Origin: Candidatus Poseidoniaceae archaeon
Lineage (GTDB): Archaea; Thermoplasmatota; Poseidoniia; Poseidoniales; Poseidoniaceae
NCBI GenBank assembly: GCA_943789275.1
Contig: CALSTM010000003.1
Span: forward strand, 672,699 to 704,698
Reading direction: 5' to 3'
DNA: 32,000 nucleotides
A program made the position numbers and the translations under genes. The notes under the pieces are model-generated. The model searched no databases, was not told the DNA's origin, and was given only the letters and a program-made list of their open reading frames with translations. Shown here one piece after another: positions 19,100 through 26,309 of this stretch. Position 1 is the stretch's first letter; every line of letters begins with the position of its first letter.

Positions 19100-20134
19100 A
19101 TGGTGCCCAATCGGAGAATCATGTGGCTTTGGTATGACTGGCGTGCAGCAGCGATTGCGGATGACCACGGCTCCATTTTGGACGATGAGCAATGGGATGG
19201 TTTTCACGACCAGAGAACCATCGTTGATCGACTTGAATGCATAGCAGCTGGTGGCCTTACGCCTGAAGCAATGCTTCTCCTCGAACGGTTCCCTGAAGCG
19301 AAACCTCGTGTCCATGGCGAACCGGACCTTCCTGATGCAGACTGGCCCCTTCCAGATGAAGAGGCGCAGGCAGCAGCCGACCAAGCAGCCATAGCAATGG
19401 CGACGATGGGTGTTGCACAAGCCGCAGGCGATCCTGACCGACGGCTTGAGCACTTGATGCGAGCAAGCGATGAGATGCGCAGCACCTTCATCACCATGGA
19501 AGCCCGTCTTGTCGAATGGGTTGGTCTCTTTTTACCAGAGGCTCGCTTTGGTCAAGACCGCTCTTCACTTGGAAAAACAGTGTCTCAAGCCGAATCGTTG
19601 GAACATTTGTCCAAGACTCTTGACGTATCACTCCCACCGGTTGGACCCGACAAACCTGAATGGAAGGCGCTCAAAGAATGGGGCCTTGGCGTCTCAGTTT
19701 TCCGTGGTCAACTCGATCGATTAGAAAACGCCATTCGTCATCTGTCCGAACAACATCTCCCGTCGCTATCAGCGTTGCTTGGGCCTCTGCTCGCTGCACG
19801 GTTGTGCGTTGAAGCCCACGGCCGAATGCGTCTTGCACGCTTACCGGCCGGAACCGTACAAGTCCTCGGTGCAGAAAAAGCCTTTTTCAACCATTTGAAA
19901 ACTGGAGCACCGCCTCCAAAACACGGCCACATCTTCATGCATCCATGGATTTCTCGCTCTCCCCGATGGGTCCGCGGAAAAATTTCACGAACTGTAGCAG
20001 CCAAAGCGAGCATTGCTGCTAAGATTGATGCCTTTGAAGGCGAGCCTTGGGGCGAAGAAGAAATGAGAGCACTTGAACAAAAAGTCGAGGATATTCGTGA
20101 AGCGTATCCATCTCCACCATCACGCCGAGGTTGA
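19100..20134 (+). CDS. nop5: C/D-box sRNP core protein Nop5 (Nop56/58 homologue)
   Basis: Nop-domain signature LGAEKAFFNHLKTGAPPPKHGHIFMHPWI. It sits immediately upstream of fibrillarin, the canonical archaeal operon arrangement. The ATG at 19100 is preceded by GGGAAGGGTGA. Confidence 0.8.
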   Translation: MVPNRRIMWLWYDWRAAAIADDHGSILDDEQWDGFHDQRTIVDRLECIAAGGLTPEAMLLLERFPEAKPRVHGEPDLPDADWPLPDEEAQAAADQAAIAMATMGVAQAAGDPDRRLEHLMRASDEMRSTFITMEARLVEWVGLFLPEARFGQDRSSLGKTVSQAESLEHLSKTLDVSLPPVGPDKPEWKALKEWGLGVSVFRGQLDRLENAIRHLSEQHLPSLSALLGPLLAARLCVEAHGRMRLARLPAGTVQVLGAEKAFFNHLKTGAPPPKHGHIFMHPWISRSPRWVRGKISRTVAAKASIAAKIDAFEGEPWGEEEMRALEQKVEDIREAYPSPPSRRG

Positions 20135-20143
20135 GGTGTTTTC

Positions 20144-20860
20144 ATGGGACGATACAACAACCGCCGCAAGACCATGCTCTCATGGGCCGTCATGAAAGAC
20201 GGACGAGCCCTTTGGACGACGAATGCAGTCCCGAGGCGGGCTGTTTACGGCGAGTCATTACGCTCTTTTTCAGGTACGGAGTTCCGCCGTTGGGACCCTT
20301 CACGTTCGAAACTAGGTGCTGCCATTATGCGCACTCGCCGCGACCCTTCTTGGTTGCTGCCCGAAGAAGGTACAGACGTCCTCTACCTTGGTGCTGGACA
20401 CGGTACTTCAATCAGCCATTTGCATGACCACCTCTGCGGCCAGCACAACGATTTGAAAGGTCGATTGGTCGCTGTTGACCTTGCCCCACGATGTTTGAGA
20501 GAACTGACGCACATGGCCAAAAGCAGACCTGGATTGGTACCTGTACTCGGAGATGCCAGAAAGCACGCTGCATGGGGTGTCCTACTTCCACGTAAGGTCG
20601 ATTGGTTGTTCCAAGATGTTGCCCAAGCAGGCCAAGTTGACATTTTCATCGCTGCTTGCCGACGGTTCCTCAACCGTGACGGTACTGGTCTTCTTTCACT
20701 GAAAGCAGCGAGTGAGCGGTGGACCGGTGACGGTGAAGCGGCCCTGTTTGACGCCGTCGAACATCAATTGGGAATCTCTGGATTTGAAGTCGAAGAACGA
20801 ATTGAGTTGACCGGGTACGAGGATAACCACGTACTTTTTGCCGTCCGCAAGATGGAGTGA
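20144..20860 (+). CDS. flpA: Fibrillarin-like rRNA/tRNA 2'-O-methyltransferase
   Basis: SAM-binding VLYLGAGHGTSISHLHD, motif DVAQAGQVDIFI, and a length of about 238 aa. Its start is 9 nt after the Nop5 stop and is preceded by GAGGTG. Confidence 0.9.
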   Translation: MGRYNNRRKTMLSWAVMKDGRALWTTNAVPRRAVYGESLRSFSGTEFRRWDPSRSKLGAAIMRTRRDPSWLLPEEGTDVLYLGAGHGTSISHLHDHLCGQHNDLKGRLVAVDLAPRCLRELTHMAKSRPGLVPVLGDARKHAAWGVLLPRKVDWLFQDVAQAGQVDIFIAACRRFLNRDGTGLLSLKAASERWTGDGEAALFDAVEHQLGISGFEVEERIELTGYEDNHVLFAVRKME

Positions 20861-20864
20861 TTTG

Positions 20865-21770
20865 ATGCCAGAGTTGCCCGAGGTTGAGACGGTTCGAACT
20901 GGTCTTGAGCAAGCTTGGGTAGGACGAGTAATGACCGAAGTCATTCTCCGACGAGACGGATTGCGTTTTCCATTTCCTCAATCCATGGTTCAGCAGTTAA
21001 CCGGCAAGAAGATTGAGGCTGTACGTCGACGAGCAAAGTATCTTCTTATCGATACAAACGACGGTCTTGTTTTCCTCTCTCATCTGGGCATGTCTGGCCG
21101 CTATACCCTCATTACACCGGCTGAAGTTCCACGGTATTCACAAGTCCAAAGCAGTCCAAACCATTCGAAGTTTGGCGAATTGACCGGTTACGGCGGCCGT
21201 CATGACCATATGGAATTCCGTTTCGATGATGGCTCTGTAGCCGTTTACACCGACCCCCGACGGTTTGGAATCGCTGATGTCTTTCCTCGGGCTGAAGAAC
21301 AGATTCAACCGCTGCTCGAACACCTCGGCCCTGAACCGCTTGAACATTGGAGCGCTGAAGATGCCGCTCGCCGCTGTCAGGGCAAGCGTTCTCCAATCAA
21401 GACCACATTGCTCGACCAACGATTCGTCGTTGGAGTCGGTAATATCTATGCTTGCGAAGCACTTCATCGCTCTAATATTTCACCCACTCTTCCCACAAAC
21501 AAACTTGTTCGCAAAGACGGCCGTCCAACCAAAGCTCTGGTTCGACTGGTTGAGCAGGTCAAAGAAGTTCTCAAAGCAGCCATTGAAGTTGGCGGTTCAA
21601 CGCTCAACGATTTCGCAGCAGTCGACGGAACGCTTGGATACTTCGGACATCATTTTCAAGTCTACGACCGTGAGGACGGGCCTTGCCTCAAAGAAGGTTG
21701 CAACGGCACGGTAGAACGAATTGTACAAAGCAACCGCTCGACGTTCTTATGTCCTCGCTGCCAGAAGTAA
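20865..21770 (+). CDS. mutM: Formamidopyrimidine-DNA glycosylase (Fpg/MutM family)
   Basis: Trimmed from the track start at 20838 to the ATG at 20865, giving the canonical N-terminus MPELPEVETVRTGLE (catalytic Pro2/Glu3). The H2TH region is LLDQRFVVGVGNIYACEALH. The C-terminal zinc finger ends FLCPRCQK. Confidence 0.85.
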   Translation: MPELPEVETVRTGLEQAWVGRVMTEVILRRDGLRFPFPQSMVQQLTGKKIEAVRRRAKYLLIDTNDGLVFLSHLGMSGRYTLITPAEVPRYSQVQSSPNHSKFGELTGYGGRHDHMEFRFDDGSVAVYTDPRRFGIADVFPRAEEQIQPLLEHLGPEPLEHWSAEDAARRCQGKRSPIKTTLLDQRFVVGVGNIYACEALHRSNISPTLPTNKLVRKDGRPTKALVRLVEQVKEVLKAAIEVGGSTLNDFAAVDGTLGYFGHHFQVYDREDGPCLKEGCNGTVERIVQSNRSTFLCPRCQK

Positions 21771-22436
21771 TCAGACCAAACTGTAGACGACGCTGCCAGC
21801 GAAAAACCACAGAGCAACCGCAGTGAATTTGTAGACGTATTCTCCCTTCTTACGCAAATACTCCAGTGCAGGTGTGCCGGTAAGAACCATCGCAACAATC
21901 AGGTACCATACTGTGTCGATGGTCATACCAAGCATACCGATTGCTAGTTTGGTACTGAACCCCATTCCAGGCTTGAGTACTTGCGCCAATATGGCAACGA
22001 GAAACAGGGCTATTTTCGGATTGAAGAAGGCGATAGCAAAACCCTCAGCAAACCCTTGGCGTTGATGTTGTACAGAAGTTGCTTCGACTTCTTGCAAGGC
22101 ATCAACTTCCGCAGTCCACATTTTGATCCCGTACCAAATCAACAGAAAAACACCAATGATTTGCAATGCAAAGAATACGTCTGGAGAGTTTTCCAACAGC
22201 AGGATCAGACCAAAAACAGCGCTACCAGCATAGATTCCGAAACCGATGCCATGACCAATCGCACATGCGACACCTTGCCTTCTACCGCCGATGAGGGTGT
22301 TACGTAAGACAACAATGAGGCTCGGGCCGGGTGATGTAGCGCCTAAAACAAAAAAGACTCCAGCGGCTAGAATCGCTTCCCATGCCAATGGCTCCATAGT
22401 GGGTCGTAATCGCTCGCCATCATCAACGCTTCTCAA
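21771..22436 (-). CDS. LysE/RhtB-family amino-acid exporter
   Basis: About six TM helices. The family-typical N-terminal helix with SPGP is present: MEPLAWEAILAAGVFFVLGATSPGPSLIVVL. Start is ambiguous. The TTG at 22436 has GAGGTGA 9 nt upstream, while the ATG at 22397 gives the usual N-terminus. Its stop abuts the stop of the convergent Fpg gene with zero spacing. Confidence 0.8.
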   Translation of the reverse strand: MRSVDDGERLRPTMEPLAWEAILAAGVFFVLGATSPGPSLIVVLRNTLIGGRRQGVACAIGHGIGFGIYAGSAVFGLILLLENSPDVFFALQIIGVFLLIWYGIKMWTAEVDALQEVEATSVQHQRQGFAEGFAIAFFNPKIALFLVAILAQVLKPGMGFSTKLAIGMLGMTIDTVWYLIVAMVLTGTPALEYLRKKGEYVYKFTAVALWFFAGSVVYSLV

Positions 22437-22445
22437 GAGAAGCCA

Positions 22446-22490
22446 TCACCTCTCTGCTTTGAGGTTGACATGCGGAGAGCAGAGAGGTGA
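22446..22490 (-). promoter_or_regulatory. Perfect 12-bp inverted repeat (hairpin) between two same-strand genes
   Basis: TCACCTCTCTGC (22446-22457) and GCAGAGAGGTGA (22479-22490) are exact reverse complements separated by a 21-nt loop. On the minus-strand transcript the 3' arm contains GAGGTGA, 9 nt upstream of the TTG at 22436. The hairpin starts 13 nt after the stop of ORF 22503..23111. Confidence 0.5.
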
Positions 22491-22502
22491 GGCGTGAGGA
22501 AT

Positions 22503-23111
22503 TCAAAGTCCGTAGAACATGATTGTGGATGGGCGGCCAGCGGAAAGGCGCTCTTCAGTTTCTCTGGAGACTTTGAGAAAATCTCGGTTGAGCCGTTGCT
22601 GCTTCATTACCAGAGCAAATGCCGTTCGTAGGGTGGTCATGGTCGAAGGTTTGGTGTTGGCTAAGGTTGCGTCTTCCATGTTGTAAAAATCATCATACTC
22701 CCTCTTTAAGGTTCGCATTCTTGCATCATACATTATCATCGCACCGATTTCCGGTAATTCTCCAGTATTTTTCCAATTGAGGGAAGTTGCTTTCCGAAGA
22801 ACAACCGTTTGAGGGACTGAATCATGAACTGATTTTCCTTCTTCCGTCTTTTTTCTTCGTTTTTTCGGGAAGTGGAGAATGATGCGTACCGACATGGAAC
22901 GAACCGTTCCGTGAGTGGATTCGGAATGCAGTAGGGCCTGGTAAGTGGGGTGGGAACCGTTCAACTTCTGTTCCTGGTCCGAGGCGTATTCGTTTTCCTT
23001 GGTGCATCCAATCTGTACGAACCTCCTTACTCGAACGTACAGTGTCCCCCGTGTGCTTCGATCGTCTTTCGAGATGTGAAAACGAGTGGTCGCTCGGTGA
23101 AAGAACGACAC
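22503..23111 (-). CDS. Hypothetical ORF, or the real 3' continuation of the phosphatase gene after a +1 frame change
   Basis: 202-codon ORF on the same strand as the phosphatase. It starts on GTG and overlaps the phosphatase ORF by 290 nt in another frame. Its distal part (LNWKNTGELPEIGAMIMYDARMRTLKREYDDFYNMEDATLANTKPSTMTTLRTAFALVMKQQRLNRDFLKVSRETEERLSAGRPSTIMFYGL) looks more protein-like than the competing frame. It ends just before the 12-bp hairpin. No motif recognised. Confidence 0.35.
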   Translation of the reverse strand: MSFFHRATTRFHISKDDRSTRGTLYVRVRRFVQIGCTKENEYASDQEQKLNGSHPTYQALLHSESTHGTVRSMSVRIILHFPKKRRKKTEEGKSVHDSVPQTVVLRKATSLNWKNTGELPEIGAMIMYDARMRTLKREYDDFYNMEDATLANTKPSTMTTLRTAFALVMKQQRLNRDFLKVSRETEERLSAGRPSTIMFYGL

Positions 23112-24087
23112 CGGCCATCCGAAGTCGGTGACGTGCTTTCTTTTCGGTCATGTGTTCTTTGCGATGGCTTGCTTGGAGAACTCCTAAACCAAAGTGTTCA
23201 GCGACCCACGCCTCTTTTCGCCCATCGGTTTGACGCCAATACTTTTTCTTTCGTTGACGGCCGAGTTCTGAATTGAACGATTCAAACCACCGCTCAGAAC
23301 GAATGGTTGGTTGTTTGATGACGTTGAGTGTGGTCACATCAAATGCTGCAAGCCCAGGCGAAACATGGTTGTAGGCTCCGATGTCCATAGCCACCCATGC
23401 CGGCCTGCTGTCCTCCAATTGAAACTTCGAAAAGGCGACTTCACCCGCATTCTTGCCGACTTTGGTGGTGGTCGAGTGACCAAACAAAACCATCCGCTTT
23501 GGATCGACCGGTTTGTCATGCTGAAACCATCGTTTGCGAATCCAGAGCAATTCCTTCTCACCTTGTGAATCTAAGGGCATCCGGGGGTCATATCCTGCAT
23601 GAACAAGCCGAACTTTGTCCAGCACAATTTGCGTTGGTAGGGCGTCCATCCACATCGCATCGTTGAAGAAATTGGATTTGGCTTGCCACAAATCACCTTT
23701 GGCTCGGACGATGTACGAGCCCCATGTCGATTTCCCTCCACGACGCATCCACGGTTGCCAAAGTTCGACCTTTCCATGTTCTGTGATGCTGCGCAGCGCC
23801 ATTTGTTCGTGGTTTCCTTTGATGCATACGATTCGTTCATCATTTCGAATCATCTCGATGAGACCTGCAGAATCTGGGCCTCTGTCAATCATATCGCCCA
23901 AGCACACCACACGGTCATCATCTGTTAACTGCAAACGGTGTATCAATGCCCGAAAGGTGGCAAAGTGGCCGTGGACATCTCCAATGGCAAAGATGCGATG
24001 TCCAGCATCAAGTCGAGCCTGTAAATCAGCTTCTAGGCTCGGGTCTCGACATGAAGGGCCAAGGGGGATATCCAATCCACAACTCAT
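22822..24087 (-). CDS. Calcineurin-like metallophosphoesterase (PPP / lambda-phosphatase / ApaH-like); 3' third doubtful
   Basis: All PPP motifs occur in order within the first roughly 260 residues: IFAIGDVHGH, CLGDMIDRGPDS, IKGNHE, VHAG, LFGHS. After about residue 300 the frame becomes Arg/Lys/His/Ser-rich and low in complexity (…HRLRMAGVVLSPSDHSFSHLERRSKHTGDTVRSSKEV…KTKKKDGRRKISS). It also overlaps ORF 22503..23111, so the annotated 3' end is probably not the true one. Confidence 0.7.
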   Translation of the reverse strand: MSCGLDIPLGPSCRDPSLEADLQARLDAGHRIFAIGDVHGHFATFRALIHRLQLTDDDRVVCLGDMIDRGPDSAGLIEMIRNDERIVCIKGNHEQMALRSITEHGKVELWQPWMRRGGKSTWGSYIVRAKGDLWQAKSNFFNDAMWMDALPTQIVLDKVRLVHAGYDPRMPLDSQGEKELLWIRKRWFQHDKPVDPKRMVLFGHSTTTKVGKNAGEVAFSKFQLEDSRPAWVAMDIGAYNHVSPGLAAFDVTTLNVIKQPTIRSERWFESFNSELGRQRKKKYWRQTDGRKEAWVAEHFGLGVLQASHRKEHMTEKKARHRLRMAGVVLSPSDHSFSHLERRSKHTGDTVRSSKEVRTDWMHQGKRIRLGPGTEVERFPPHLPGPTAFRIHSRNGSFHVGTHHSPLPEKTKKKDGRRKISS

Positions 24088-24535
24088 TTTTCCACCGGGG
24101 GGGTTTCCCCGAGTTGACCATTCTGCTGTCGTTATATTATCTTCGCATCTCTACGGGACTTTTGAGGGCGTTTTGACGACCTTTCGAGGGAATTCCGGCG
24201 AAGAAATCTGCATTGGAGAGCGTTTGAATCTCAAATGTAATTTTTCTTCTAAGTATGTCACGCGCATACAGGTGGGTAGGTGTGTTTCCGCGCATGCAGG
24301 TCACACATTGTTTTCCGGAAAACCTCACTTTGACCGAAAGACTTATCCGGTAAACCCCCCTTGGGTTAAACAATCCGGAACAGGTGAAGAACATGAGGGA
24401 CCCAGAATTCGACAATCAAGATTCGTTGAAGCGGGCCCTCCGTCATCGCAGTTAATGCGACTGATCTGGGCTTGAGCAGCGTGGCTGCATATACGTCAAA
24501 CGTTTGTGCAACCGCTGTTGCTTTAGAAACAGCAT

Positions 24536-24607
24536 GGAGGTATGGTGTAGTGGATAGCATCAGGGATTTCGAATCCCTGGACCCCGGTTCGAGTCCGGGT
24601 ACCTCCG
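24536..24607 (+). tRNA. tRNA-Arg (anticodon UCG), 72 nt
   Basis: Hand fold: GGAGGTA TG GTGT AGTGGATA GCAT C AGGGA TTTCGAA TCCCT GGAC CCCGG TTCGAGT CCGGG TACCTCC G. All stems pair, with some G-U pairs in the D stem. It is followed by CCT, not CCA. Confidence 0.9.
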
Positions 24608-24621
24608 CCTGTTTCTCTCAG

Positions 24622-24696
24622 AGGGGCATGGTGTAACGGATAGCATTGGAGATTGCGATTCTTCAGACCCGGGTTCGACTCCCGGTGCCCCTGCCA
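24622..24696 (+). tRNA. tRNA-Arg (anticodon GCG), 72 nt plus encoded CCA
   Basis: Hand fold: AGGGGCA TG GTGT AACGGATA GCAT T GGAGA TTGCGAT TCTTC AGAC CCGGG TTCGACT CCCGG TGCCCCT G CCA. It lies 14 nt downstream of the first tRNA-Arg. Confidence 0.9.
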
Positions 24697-24741
24697 TTCG
24701 CAACCATGGAGATGGTATACTCAAAACAAGGAAGTGACAAG

Positions 24742-25533
24742 ATGAATAAAAAAACCAACACACAACAAAACCAGAACGAACACGGATGGGACGGAGACGT
24801 CCATCCTGAGATTGCAGCTATCGACCATGATGCCAATTTTGAACAAATGGAACAACTGATGAAGATTTACTCAGCCTATAACCACCAGCACAGGAAAGAC
24901 GGAACTGCATGGAAGGTATGGCCGGATTGGGAACTTGTGCTTACTTCGATGAACGATGCATTGCACTTTGAAGATGCGGAAAGAGATACGCCTGAAATCT
25001 GTGCTGAAAGACAACACTGGCTCAATTTTATGGAATACATTCACACGAATGATGCAATAACTATCGATGGCTACACCGCTATAATTGATGGCAGGTTTGG
25101 GCATCAGTTCACCTTTGACATATGCCTCGAGTACGAGTATTGGGTCTCACCTAGAAGTCTCGTAGAGCATTATCAAAAGACCAATGCAGCAAGAACTGGA
25201 CAACTTGGGCCTCCATGGAAGAGGAACACTTTGCTGTTTTTCTCAAGGCATGAGATTGAACACTCACTCGAGGCATATTGGCAATGCCCTGAACACGTAC
25301 CAAATTTTGGTGGACAGTGGACAAGATACACGCACGGTAACAGATTCTGCATTGAGAGACAAGAAGGTGAAACCTTCCCGCTTGCACTGCAAACGCTCAT
25401 GCAACTTTGCATCGATGATACTGATATTTGGAAAATGATGTTTGAACAAGACCTCGCAGATATCGAGCACCATGAATTCATGGAAAAAGAATGGCCAGGT
25501 GGAAGACCTGATCAAGATTGGGAGTACCAATGA
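24742..25533 (+). CDS. Hypothetical Trp/His/Glu-rich protein with an HExxH motif (263 aa); first gene of the plus-strand cassette
   Basis: Track ORF 24646.. reads out of the tRNA. I chose the ATG at 24742 (MNKKTNTQQNQNEHGWDG...) because AAGGAAGTGA (24728-24737) lies 4 nt upstream. It contains FFSRHEIEHSLEAYW (HExxH), but I see no further metalloprotease context. No other recognisable family. Confidence 0.6.
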   Translation: MNKKTNTQQNQNEHGWDGDVHPEIAAIDHDANFEQMEQLMKIYSAYNHQHRKDGTAWKVWPDWELVLTSMNDALHFEDAERDTPEICAERQHWLNFMEYIHTNDAITIDGYTAIIDGRFGHQFTFDICLEYEYWVSPRSLVEHYQKTNAARTGQLGPPWKRNTLLFFSRHEIEHSLEAYWQCPEHVPNFGGQWTRYTHGNRFCIERQEGETFPLALQTLMQLCIDDTDIWKMMFEQDLADIEHHEFMEKEWPGGRPDQDWEYQ

Positions 25534-25542
25534 GGTGAGAAT

Positions 25543-25764
25543 ATGAAAAAGAAAAACAATGAAAATATAGACATACAAACGATAATGGCGATGTTTGTTG
25601 CTTACATGCAACAGCAGATGGAATACACGGAAATGAAGATGGATGTTATGACAGAATGGGAATCTGAGGATTGCGGTTGCAGTGGTTGTGAAAAGAGAAC
25701 ACTTACTGTGCCTGAAAACAATGAGCCTTCCTTCGATGACGAGTTCTCAAAGGAGTGGTTGTAA
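25543..25764 (+). CDS. Small acidic protein with CxCxxC motif (73 aa)
   Basis: Reads MKKKNNENIDIQTIMAMFVAYMQQQMEYTEMKMDVMTEWESEDCGCSGCEKRTLTVPENNEPSFDDEFSKEWL. The strong SD GAGGTGA (25532-25538) overlaps the upstream stop. Its own stop TAA shares one base with the next ATG (TAATG at 25762-25766). Confidence 0.55.
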   Translation: MKKKNNENIDIQTIMAMFVAYMQQQMEYTEMKMDVMTEWESEDCGCSGCEKRTLTVPENNEPSFDDEFSKEWL

Positions 25765-26309
25765 TGTTCGCATGGAGACCGAATGCGAGCGCACCCCTGT
25801 GGGATGCTTCTGACCCTGGCGAGGCTGAAGGTCCGTTTTTCTCAGACATCAGCATTGAGCATGACAAGCAGCTTGGCCCTTCGTGTGTAGCGACCACGTT
25901 GGCAATGATAGCAAGAACGACTGGTGCGGATGTGGGCCCGGATGATTTCAAGAAAATCACCAACTCACAATCGCCACATTCATGGTCCAATGCACTCAAA
26001 CCCTTCGGGATGCAGTTGGCCTATTGCAATCATGATTTGAGAAGAATGGAGCACTACATCGAGGAACTTGTTGAACACAACGATTTGTTCTTTTTGTGCT
26101 TCTACTCAGTGAATCCTCCAAGTGACCCTGACGCAAAGGGCAAACTCTGTACTGCTCACATCGTCACCCTGCACAAGGACACCATCTATGATACTGCAAA
26201 GCACAATCATTCAGGTGGCGTCATTGCAGCGAATGACTATGCAAGGCTCGATAGACAGACCAAGAGAATCTTCAGAGTCGTTCCGCTTGGCCATCCGAGG
26301 TGTGTATAA
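25764..26309 (+). CDS. Putative papain-fold cysteine peptidase, C39-like (181 aa)
   Basis: The pattern Q-x4-C in HDKQLGPSCVATTLAMIARTTGADVGPDDF resembles the C39-like motif (Q....CGPxxLAMvl.yyG). The later KLCTAHIVTLHKDTIYD resembles the His strand (gHyvVl....v.D). The spacing of about 100 aa is compatible. AAGGAG lies 8 nt upstream of the ATG. Assigned by eye only. Confidence 0.5.
   Translation: MFAWRPNASAPLWDASDPGEAEGPFFSDISIEHDKQLGPSCVATTLAMIARTTGADVGPDDFKKITNSQSPHSWSNALKPFGMQLAYCNHDLRRMEHYIEELVEHNDLFFLCFYSVNPPSDPDAKGKLCTAHIVTLHKDTIYDTAKHNHSGGVIAANDYARLDRQTKRIFRVVPLGHPRCV

Noticed and set aside
23615-24475. 286-aa plus-strand ORF opposite the phosphatase gene.
   Set aside because: It is antisense to a frame carrying all the ordered PPP-phosphatase motifs. 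Its translation is Ser/Arg/Cys-rich without motifs.
24694-24696. Only tRNA-Arg(GCG), the tRNA adjacent to the island, encodes a 3' CCA. I considered this as evidence that its 3' end was supplied by an integrating element.
   Set aside because: The other two tRNAs are followed by CCT, so the difference is a single base. That is far too weak to support an integration scenario.
24646-24741. The track ORF starting inside tRNA-Arg(GCG) and reading into the first cassette gene. This raised the idea of an SSV-type integrase fragment split by integration into the tRNA.
   Set aside because: The protein shows no R...HxxR...Y catalytic pattern or other tyrosine-recombinase features. A good SD plus ATG at 24742 explains the gene without the tRNA-overlapping extension.
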